From Diadema antillarum (lineage: Eukaryota): a stretch of 64,000 nt of DNA. This document shows, piece after piece, positions 51,601 to 62,135 of this stretch. How positions within the stretch are numbered: position 1 is the first letter of the stretch; the number at the start of each line of letters is the position of its first letter. The position numbers and the translations under genes are program-made. The stretch covers positions 372,001 through 436,000 of the forward strand of contig NW_027271258.1 in assembly GCF_040938485.1 (NCBI RefSeq), written 5' to 3'. Below the pieces are notes generated by a model. It was not told the DNA's origin. It searched no databases and worked only from the letters and a program-made list of their open reading frames with translations.

Positions 51601-53714
51601 TGGAAAAAAATGACAGGTTCATCTTCACTGTACTGTTAAACAATCTTCCCGGTGAGGTTAGCGTTTGCACACTGCCTGACCAAGTGAGGAGGATAGAGAG
51701 CTCAGTGCATTGTTTCGAAAACGAGGGTGAGCTTAACGAACACGGATCACATCAGTAAAAAAATTCGTAACGCCCACTTTTCTGGCGGCATTTGAAGTTG
51801 AGAACAGAGATGGGCAACTTACTCCAAGGAGCAGCACTCTTGTAGAGCTTATACGATGAAAAGTGTATACGCTTCACAGACAACCCAACCAATTAGGTGC
51901 CGAACCCCTCCTCACAAAATGAACCCGGGACATCCCGTCCCACTAATCGTCACCGATTGGACGCACGTGACTACAGGTCCTGGGCATCCAGTTAGACGTG
52001 TCACTGCTATTCTTCGCCTCGTTCATCTTCATCATCGGCGCCAAACGAGCCCCCAATCGGGTCATCATCCGGGAAAACATTTTGTTTAAAGGTGCAATTC
52101 TCCTTTTTGTATCCTTCTCTTGGATTCAGGTCGAGGAAGTTAATAGTAAAAGTTCAAAACCAAACAAGAGTTACCATCATATTCTAGAGTGCAATGCATC
52201 AGACCTGGGCTCCAAAGTCCTTAAACTTAACCAATGTGCAGTAGGGGAAACATTTGTTTTCTATTTTTTAAAATCCTTTTACAAATTTTAACTCGCCGGT
52301 CACTCACCTTAATGTTCGAGTGTGTGAGTCATACGACAAACCCTTGCACAAAAGAACACCATGTGAAATACAATGTTAAAGATTGGAACGTTTCAGCAAT
52401 GTGAAGACAGTGTCCCTCCAGCGTGTCCGTAGTGTCTATTACATGAACACACTGTGCACACATTGTGATACACTGTGATCTCTGATGTATGTATGACTCC
52501 ACATCATACCAATGATCATGGATTTTGTGGCAATTGTCATTCCATAAGACAATTTCAAATGCTAAAGGAAAATGAACATTTTTAAAGTTCATTATCGAGA
52601 AAAGGAAGCATGCGGCCACAAAAGACTTGGCTGGCCGTGGATATGGAAAGCTACTAGTGTGTATAGATTCTAAAATCAGTGAGAAATTTATGACAAAGTT
52701 CCGACTACGTGACTTCGGGCATGTCCACTTCCGCGAGCGTTTCTTCGAAATTTAGTTTGTTGTTTTCAAGACATGAGTTCGGAAGAAAATATGGAGGTGT
52801 GTTCCGTGGGGGGGGGGGGGGTGATTTGGGGTAATGGTAGAGTGTTGGGGGAGAAATGAGGGGGTGGTTGATTGGTCAAGGCAATTCAATCGGATGTGAC
52901 GGAGAAACTTATATTCTTATGTTATCATTAACGTCTAGATTGTGAAGGTCTGATTCATTATTACGTGTGGGATGTGCGATTTTATGGTAGAGGNNNNNNN
53001 NNNNNNNNNNNNNNNNNNNNNNNNNNNNNNNNNNNNNNNNNNNNNNNNNNNNNNNNNNNNNNNNNNNNNNNNNNNNNNNNNNNNNNNNNNNNNNNNNNNN
53101 NNNNNNNNNNNNNNNNNNNNNNNNNNNNNNNNNNNNNNNNNNNNNNNNNNNNNNNNNNNNNNNNNNNNNNNNNNNNNNNNNNNNNNNNNNNNNNNNNNNN
53201 NNNNNNNNNNNNNNNNNNNNNNNNNNNNNNNNNNNNNNNNNNNNNNNNNNNNNNNNNNNNNNNNNNNNNNNNNNNNNNNNNNNNNNNNNNNAGACAAAAA
53301 GAGGTAAGAGATAGATAGAAGAGAGAGAGATGGACATGCACGGGGGAGATGTTTTCCTTTATGAGAACTGGTACACGGAAGGCAATGAAGTCTGTTTCTT
53401 TACGAAGAGAGTTTAAATTATCATGTGTTTTTTAATCAAAGCATAACATGCTACCTTGAGGGTCCAAAAAAAAGGACATTTTACATTCGATTACAGAGTA
53501 CTTTCATGAGAAAGCATATTATCATTTTGTGCTGTCATAAGTGTATTCTTTCTCTTTCATCAACACTTTGCCATCAGCAAGCAGTGACTTTGAATCATCT
53601 TTTATCCGCCCGTTTGGATAAATCCGCTCCGAGAACCTGAAACTTATAGAGGAAAGTTGTGTTGGTCTTGATCAGACTATCATGACTGGTATATTCAGTC
53701 ATTGTGATATTTAG

Positions 53715-54200
53715 AACTAGAAAAACACTCACTCGGAGAGCGCAGATCTCCGCCAAGCAGCTCATTACCACTTTAGATTCATACAGCTCATTTCCACATT
53801 ATTTTAATTGACTATCACACCCTTTTATAGCATTTGGAATCACATTGATATCGTTACGTAGACATAATTTGTCTTAAATTATGATTAAACTTACCTTTAT
53901 TTCCCAATGATAAAGAATTATTTAAAAAAAGAATCATGGATCCATGATCCGGATCACTACCAAAATTTAATCATCTGTTAGTTGTGTCATTATGATATGT
54001 ATAAGCTTTTCCTGAAAAAATTTTAATTCAAATCTGTTCATAGCTATTATCTTTGAGTTATTTTACAACAGTATAACATGTATAAGCTTTTCCTGAAAAA
54101 GTTCATTCAAATCCGTTCATAACTATTTTCTTTGAGTTATTTTACAAAGGGACAAACAAATTAATGCCGGCAAAAACACAAACTCCTTGGCGGGGGTAAT
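53715..54200 (+). mobile_element. Non-autonomous Helentron/HINE-like element with an internal 81-bp tandem duplication
   Basis: 5' aactag...gagagcgcagatctccgccaag. 3' ctccttggcgggggtaat. Short subterminal IR ctccgccaag (53748-53757) / cttggcgggg (54186-54195), 9/10 match, with a 3' stem-loop. No TIR or TSD at the ends. Duplicated unit starts at 53997 and 54078. Confidence 0.55.
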
Positions 54201-55089
54201 CGTGAATGTTTTGTCTGACAATTTAGTGTTGATTTCTTTTTGTAGATTTTGTCACCGGATTCTATACGCTTTGACTCTGAATGGTCCTATGGATACAATT
54301 AAAAGGGGAGGTGGATCATGAGAAATAGCAATGAGAAAAGAATTACAAAAGCACAGTTTCTTTGCCAAGGAAAAAGAAAAACATCACACCTGTCGGAGAT
54401 TCTCAAACTTCGAGCAAGAGTTCTGCAGTCAAGATTTATAGTTTATTCGATAGAAAGCAAGGGTGCGTGCAGACATTGTACTGACATGACTCATGACAAT
54501 CGTGGATTATCTCTTTAACCCAAAGCGGTATGTCCTACGTCTTTAGTCATACCCCATCTCTGACAGGCGGCGTTATCTTCCTCTTCTTGTTTTTAGTTTT
54601 CCATGCAAGATGGGGATACGATATAATGATATACAGCCGGACTCGGACCACACTTACAACGCACGACTCGCTCATTAAGTCGTCATGGACTCGTTTCTGT
54701 GCCAGCAGTGCATGCGGTCTTCTTTGCGAGTGGATCTTTCCAATATGATTTCCCGGCTCTATTCATACAAGCGGAACTCTGTTTTGGAAGCCGTTGACAT
54801 CAATTTCGAGTGTCTTCTGCGTCCCTAGGGGCCGCAAACACGGACGAGTCGAATGTATACCAATGCCTTGACCAAGCCGATTCGCCCAATTACCGTACCA
54901 TCATGACCTAGTTTAGGATTTATATGGAGAATTTTATCTTCGTCACACTTCATTCTTCCGTATATGGCAGGAAAGTTCTACATAGATTCGCTTTGAAGAA
55001 CTACAAAGGCCTGGGAATAGGATGGTATATATAGGAGACTGTCAAAAGGGGGATTTAAATAGAGATTGTTTCGCTCATTCACGCACATG

Positions 55090-55096
<7 letters not shown>

Positions 55097-55154
<58 letters not shown>
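55097..55154. repeat. (CA)n microsatellite
   Basis: Direct reading. Confidence 0.95.
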
Positions 55155-55162
<8 letters not shown>

Positions 55163-55343
55163 TCATACGACATAAATCAAAATATGTGTATGTAATGGTA
55201 TGATTATATTCCCAACACATTTCGTAAAATGCTTATATTTCATTTGTTGTTGTTTTTTTGCATGAAGTTGTTCCTAAAATAGGAAAAAGCGAAGGCAACA
55301 AACCAAAGAGAAAATGGATTAATCTAATCTAAAAAAAATGATG

Positions 55344-55466
55344 ACCTCCTTAGTGGAGGTAACTAGTGTACCGTCGTCTGACCGTGGACCTAGAGGTCAA
55401 CTGTCAAACGACGCGGATCCTGTAGACGACATACAACACATGCAGATGTTAGGTCCACGGTCCGAC
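55344..55466. repeat. HINE-type terminal hairpin followed by a 17-bp inverted repeat
   Basis: acctcc-ttagt-ggaggt (55344-55360), then gtctgaccgtggaccta (55376-55392) / taggtccacggtccgac (55450-55466), 16/17 match. Confidence 0.55.
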
Positions 55467-55522
55467 ACCGCTATAAAGAGCGTATCAAAGTTCGGCATTC
55501 GGTCATGACTACTGGCGTATGT

Positions 55523-56019
55523 GGAGCCAAAGCCCAAATATAAATGGGGATTGAGTGAAAGCAGCAATATAAGTAGAACAAATTAGTAAAAGTTTAGAGG
55601 AAAATCAGACAATCGATTCAAAATTTATGAATTTTCAACGTTTCTTTGCCGTTATTGCTTGATAAGAACACTGCTACAGTTCATGGCGTCATTTTGAACA
55701 ACAAAATACAGAAAATATATGGAAAGTTCCACAAAATTTTATTTTCATGGAAAACACACATTCTCTCGACTTGTTACTGACATTATGTTAATCATAATAG
55801 TACACAAAGCCAATGCTTTTTGAAACAGGTAAGTCAAGCACTCTATCATTCATGGTAGAAAAATGAAACTATGTTGAATTTCTTTACATTTTCTATATTG
55901 CTGCCCATAATGACGTCATGAAATGTAGTAGTCTCCTTATCCAGCGTTGGGCGGCACTGCAACTTTGAAAATTCAGTCCGCATAAAATGATGGTGATAAT
56001 GATGATGATGATGATAATG

Positions 56020-56063
<44 letters not shown>

Positions 56064-56151
56064 GATGATAATAATAATATATTACTAATATATCACTAAT
56101 ATATCGCTTATACTGAATAAGAAAAATAATATATTTGGGTTTTGGCTTCCT
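55523..56151. mobile_element. Kolobok-like family B, diverged copy whose right arm is largely replaced by (ATG/ATA)n
   Basis: Left ggagccaaagccc...ggattgagtgaaagcagc matches the other B copies. Right end gggttttggcttcct|ttaa. Microsatellite at about 55990-56080. Confidence 0.6.
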
Positions 56152-56155
56152 TTAA

Positions 56156-56710
56156 AGGTAGGGGATACCTTTTACAGACCTCCCAAAATGCAGCAAAACA
56201 TTAAATATGAACCTTAAGGGACTTGTTTAGGCCACTGCTGAGAAATTTGGATGTCAACAGTTATCTACAATTTGAATAATGCACAAAACTCACCTACTCA
56301 GTAGTTCTGTGTGTCAGCCACACTTAAGCCTTTTTGTTGCAGTCTTCTGTATTTTTTTTTAATCTATAAACACAAATCTAAAAGTATAAGAGCGGATGTA
56401 ATAACATATAGAGTGTGTGGCAAGAATGTATATAGAAATGTTTGTAAGTTTTGATGAACTTTGTTCACAAAATATACATGATGGACAAACATGCAGTGCA
56501 TGGGTCTGCAAAGGTAGCCTAGTAATGTACTGGAATTTACGGTGAGCCCCGAAAAAAATTCAATTCAAAATCTAACGGTCAATAAAAATGTACTAAATGT
56601 TACCTTCCACTTTCAATACTTTATGGGAGTTTCAAAATGATACTCTCTTCAACATACCACTGTATTTATACAACTCTTCATTTAAGGCATGCAAATGGGA
56701 TTCCCTACCT
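56156..56710. mobile_element. Kolobok-like family D (555 bp)
   Basis: ttaa|aggtaggggatacc ... gggattccctacct|ttaa: 12/14 TIR match, TTAA on both sides. Confidence 0.75.
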
Positions 56711-57004
56711 TTAAGGCTTACACCAAAGGAACAGTCTTCGTTCATGATGATGTATTTGGTAGGGCCTACTGATGGCGGTATGAGGAGCGCGTGTTATGAA
56801 ACATCGAGACTATATCAGAAATGTTGTGGTCCGAATAAGCGTTTCCTTGTTAAACCATATCGGTAAGGTTTTTGAAGCTTTGCCATTCAAAGATGATCAA
56901 GGAACGTACACACAGGGAATGCAAGACAGCATTTTCTTGGAGTATACATCAATTCACGAATATATCAAAGGAAATGAAAGTTTAAGACAGACGCCCAGGC
57001 AAAC

Positions 57005-57123
57005 AGAAGAAGAAGAAGAGGAAGAGGGGAAGGAGGAGGAGGAGGAAGAAGAAGAAGAAGAAGAAGAAGAAGAAGAAGAAGAACAACAACAATAACAACA
57101 ACAACAAGGAGAAGAAGAAGAAG
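57005..57123. repeat. Compound (GAA)/(GGA)/(CAA)n microsatellite
   Basis: Direct reading. It explains the poly-E and poly-L ORFs at 56796-57095 and 56965-57165. Confidence 0.95.
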
Positions 57124-57263
57124 TAAAAACAAGGCGATCATCATGAGAAATGAAAGGTTATACACGAAGACGCGATGAAAGCCATAAGATAGGTGATTTG
57201 TTTTTCCATCTTACATTCTTAGAGCATACTGCTTACGGTACCATCAAGAAGCTCGCGTGCGCG

Positions 57264-57275
57264 TGCGCATGCGCG
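57264..57275. promoter_or_regulatory. NRF1-type palindrome TGCGCATGCGCG
   Basis: Exact match to YGCGCAYGCGCR within a short CpG-dense run. Confidence 0.3.
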
Positions 57276-58938
57276 TAGCGTAATAACCGTTATCATTTCC
57301 ATTTATCGTACAGCCGCAAAATGCCAGCCCTGTCCCCCCCCCCCCCCCTAAAAAAAAAAGAGAGAAAAATCCCAGTGGATTGAAAGAAACTGGAGTAATT
57401 AAAAGAAATTGCGTTTTAACGACAATCAAATTTGAGAAAGGCGGTTTCCAGTGCTGTGAGAGCTTGGTGTCGTTTCTACCGCAGACGGCTTGTAAATCTT
57501 TAAAACGATCATGCAAGGAGAATTAATCGAGAATCACTCTCCCTCATATCTTTTTTTTTTTAATTACACCTCAGAATGTGTCTGAGAAAAAGTTCACTTA
57601 CCGGACAGAATACTTTTACTGCGGTGAGCCTGTTGGTATAACTGCAGATCTTTATCAGAAGACAATAATTAATGCAATATGAACATTCCCTTGACAATGG
57701 AAACATGGGAAAGAACAGAGATATTATGATTTTATGGTGTTAAAAAGGAAATAAAATCGGACAGACACCGTCCAACAGTTTGATGAGTCTATGAGTCACT
57801 AATGCGTTGTCGTACTGGAGAGTGTATGGGTGGAGGGGGTGGGGGTGGGGCATGAGGGCAGAACCAGAGTCGAGAAGGCGGGCAGTTAACTCACTTTCTG
57901 CCTTACTGTAGGTGCCAGAGGAGAGTCCTTCCGACACTTTACGTGTCTTTCGCCTCACATTCGATTCATTTTGGCTTTGCCGCTAAATAAAGTAAAGGAG
58001 GAAAAGAAGAAGAAGAGAGAAAGAAAGAAATCTAAATTCTGAGAACCAGACCAACGAAGACAATACGAAAACGACGAGATTGGAGACTTCATGTCTGAAA
58101 AGCATAGATCTTCGCTCGATTGTGATTTGCGAGAAAAAATATACGCATAGTTATAAAATGGATCATACGTATAATCATAAAATGGATCGCACTAGCTGAC
58201 CGCAGAATTAGCTCGACTGGTAAAATCGGCGATAAACTGTACTGACATATCGTGCTAATTTGGAACATTAATCACATTATCCTTTATACAACATTATCCT
58301 ACCGTGTCCCTGTTTGCTTTCTTGTTTCTGTTGTTCGGGGTACACATTTTGCTAAAAAGAAAAAAAAAAACTCTTGGTTTATTCTTGACAAATCAATGAC
58401 AAATTTGATTTGAGTGAAAAATCCCGTGCGCAATTTTCTTACCCGAAGTACATCTGTCAGAAAATTTGGAGTTAATACCGTCAAAATGTAATCATTAATT
58501 TGCGAAAGTTACGTGACAGTCGCGCGTACAAAACGTGCAGGTCAGCCACGCTTGTGAGATGAACTCCACATTTGGGAAGCGGTTGAGTTGCGCCAGTTGA
58601 GGAACCAGCGTGCTATTACCGTGAGCGATATTCTACTGCCAAAAATCGTGAAAGCGAAATATTGTGTTTGGATTAGAAAAGAAAATAGGCCATACTCCAG
58701 AGTAGGATTCAGATGGTATTCGTGAGAGTGCTATCTCGCATTATTTTGAGCAGTACCATCGCCTTATGTCGGGCAGCAGGCTACCCCGAGCCTCGTGGTG
58801 GGAACAGGGGACCGCATTGGTTGGAACGACCATTGTTAAGTAAGAATGCATAAGATTCTTAAATTAGTCCGTCCTTTACGTAATTGTTTCGATAATGTCA
58901 GTTTGTTTGTTACATAGCCGAATACGCACAATGATATT

Positions 58939-59453
58939 CTAAAGCCCTGTTTTGATATACCTTACCCCGACAACGTCGGGACAACGTCCGGAGAACAAAA
59001 TTCCCGGCCTCGGGCAATAAAATCGCTGGAGAGAGTGATTTTAACAGACACTGGACAGACTGGACCTGGACGGTGGTTTCCATAACAACCTACCCGTTCA
59101 TGCGTGAAGTAAATAGTGTGGTTACAATCCATGCACGAAATCGGCGAGCGGTGTGTCATTCTGTGGAATTTTACGCATGCGTGTTGAGTGTATCAAAGCA
59201 ATGTTACTGCTAGAGCGCTGTAACAGAAGGCTTGTCTGGGTAATGTCTGGGTATTATCGGGGTAATGTCGGGATAACTACCGTAGGGTAGAATTTGGCAA
59301 AAGTTACAGCGACAAATTCCGAACAAGATTTTACGGCGACCGTTTTAACAAGAAGGGTAAAAAATACAACAAAATTAAATTGAAAAAAAAAAATTGCCGA
59401 AACGTTGTCGCGGTAACTCTGATTTGAAAAGCTCTGTTAAAATGAGGCTTTAG
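58939..59453. mobile_element. Probable non-autonomous TIR transposon with subterminal repeats
   Basis: Ends ctaaagccctgtttt / aaaatgaggctttag (12/15 inverted). Inner inverted cc(c/g)cgacaacgt near 58965 and 59402. Four degenerate gtc(t/g)gg(g)taat repeats near 59235-59277. Confidence 0.5.
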
Positions 59454-59763
59454 TGATCAATACATAGCTGGGTTTTTTTAACACTACATTCTTGTCCATA
59501 GATGATACTGTTAACACAGACCAATCGCTACAAGCTGAACGTGATGGTTGTTTTTATTGATGTACCTTTTGATAAAACTTTTACAAGACGAGACGTAACT
59601 GTTGAATTTCAGTACATTTTAGTCGTGCTATCTGTACGGACATGACCAATCTTTTCATGAATGAATAAATTTCCGGTCTCCTTGTACAAGAGACTAGAAG
59701 AGAGCATGACCAAGTGATGGCGTCTGCTTTACACGTCCCCCTGCATCACTGATTCTTCTTTCT

Positions 59764-59764
<1 letters not shown>

Positions 59765-59805
<41 letters not shown>

Positions 59806-59820
59806 CCTCTCCCTCTCTCC
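59765..59820. repeat. (CT)n microsatellite
   Basis: Direct reading. Confidence 0.9.
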
Positions 59821-61966
59821 ATCCTCCACCTTCGTTTCTCATCTCAAACAATATTATGAAAACTTTAACCGGAAATCCTCTCTGTCTGCAAAACATGTCC
59901 TGACTTTGTACCCAGCCACACCCACTCTCACAACACACACACACACACACACACACTCACACACACTTACACACATAATGGCTTTGTGTCGATAGGAACA
60001 TGAGTCTTGTTAAGCACTTCCCCTTCTCAATTTTTTGAATGCCCTCATTTTTATGGAGCTGACGGTTGGAGGAAATGCACTGCCGATCTGATGAGTTGAA
60101 TGGAAGAATGCGTGACTGACCGTAAATGAGCGCCATTTGCCTGTCTGGCCCAAACTGCGTACATCAGGACTATACATTGAATCTTTCTGGAGTCGTTTTG
60201 TGACCTCATACTTGGACATGATCCCTCCATCCCCCCCCCCCCCTCAGCTCATTCTCTCCCTCTCTCTTATTCCCCCTAAATATAGATAGTCATTTCGCAT
60301 AAACATGAAGCTGACTCTCGTTTTCCTTCCGATTCTGAAGTTTTCATGCCTCGAAAACAACTGCTCTAAGTGTCGTTCATGTTGATTAATTTAGATAATT
60401 TTGTGTTCAGATGATTAAAGGTCAATCCATATATATCCGACATGATCATGTAGCTTTTATTCAAACCATAATGTATTTTAGCCAGTGTGTAGTGCTGGAC
60501 TTGTAATACCGGCATGGTGCATGCAAAGACCCGATGACATCTCAGTTGCAATGCCCAATATCTTCTTTCTATAAACGATTTATGTTTTTTTTTTATTTCT
60601 TCTTATAATAATTAATATTTCATTACTTCTACTGTATCAATGATAGNNNNNNNNNNNNNNNNNNNNNNNNNNNNNNNNNNNNNNNNNNNNNNNNNNNNNN
60701 NNNNNNNNNNNNNNNNNNNNNNNNNNNNNNNNNNNNNNNNNNNNNNNNNNNNNNNNNNNNNNNNNNNNNNNNNNNNNNNNNNNNNNNNNNNNNNNNNNNN
60801 NNNNNNNNNNNNNNNNNNNNNNNNNNNNNNNNNNNNNNNNNNNNNNNNNNNNNNNNNNNNNNNNNNNNNNNNNCACACAACGAAAATGGGTGACAAATAC
60901 GAATGACAGTAAATTATACAGCTGAAATGAAATCGGGGAGGGCGAAATGGGAAATGTTATTAATTCCCAGAAAGTCATATTGGCGAAATTATATTAGGCA
61001 TAAACAGTAAGCATTAAAATATTCAGCGAGTATCAAAACGAAACGAAACAAAAGGATTTGCGCTGATGTTCCGAAAATATCTCTTGCTCTCCACTTAAAG
61101 GACTTGACACAATCACTTCACATCTTACAGGGCAGTTCTTCTCGTCAACTTATAACACATTTTGGGACTGTTTTATTGAACAAAAACAAAGTGATTTTGT
61201 TTGTTTGTTTGTTGTTTTTTTTTTTTTTTTTGGGGGGGGGGGCGATCAAGTAAAAATGTGACGTATTACAGAGTTAGCCATCTGTATCAAACGAAATACT
61301 ACACACATACATCCAAGACCATACCAAAGCATCGACTGCAGATGATTGTATAGTCTCATGAAAAAAAAAATGTTTAAAAAGCCCCCTTTGTTTATCGTTT
61401 CGAATCGATGCTCGTAAGCTGTTATTGTTGCTTCCTGCCCTGCTTCCGTTGTCGGTGGCTGTAAAAATGTAGAATCAATCTGTTGCGATTTCCATATTTG
61501 TGAGCACGTTCATACTTAAAAGACAAGTATGCACAATTATAAAAAGCTACATGACGCACTATTCCACTTTGTTTTTGCAAGACACTATCGTTCTTTTATC
61601 TCGTGTTTGGACCACAAATAATGGTCCAATCCCCCAACGACACCAATTAGGCCTAGTAGATCTATAAATATAGCTGGTTTTGCGCTTCTTGGATGATTTA
61701 GTTATTTGGTCGCAAGACAGATAGCAGAAGAGGAATCACTACAACCGTTGGTAATCATAGAACAGGGTCAGAAAAACACGCTCCTCGACCAGTTTTCTAA
61801 TTTTCTTTTCTTTCTTGCTTACTTTTGTTTTAGTGGGATTTTTTTTTTTTTTTGGGGGGGGGGGGTGCTTGTTTATCTTTTTTTCGGCCATGAATCATGT
61901 TGGGGATTTTTACCTCCAGACTTCAAACTTTTGAGCATAAGTACCTGTGAGTATTTCTGTAGATAA

Positions 61967-62135
61967 GGGGGTGTTTCATAAAGCTGTTCTTAAAGTTACG
62001 AACGACTTATGAACGACTGGTGATCAGTTCTGATGTGCTATATTTAACCTAATTTCAATGGTTCAGCACAAGAACTGATCACCAGTAGTTCTTAAGTCGT
62101 TCGTAACTTTAAGAACTGCTTTATGAAACACCTCC
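61967..62135. mobile_element. 169-bp palindromic MITE
   Basis: The first 65 nt match the reverse complement of the right end at 61/65 positions (gg(g/a)ggtgtttcataaagc...). Superfamily not established; termini suggest PIF/Harbinger. Confidence 0.8.

Noticed and set aside
55822-55835. Perfect CAG|GTAAGT donor
   Set aside because: It lies inside a family B transposon copy and shows that such donors arise by chance.
56796-57165. Poly-Glu and poly-Leu ORFs
   Set aside because: Translation artefacts of a trinucleotide microsatellite.
58205-58235. tagctcgactggtaa, similar to a tRNA A-box
   Set aside because: No B-box or cloverleaf follows, so it is not a tRNA or supportable SINE head.
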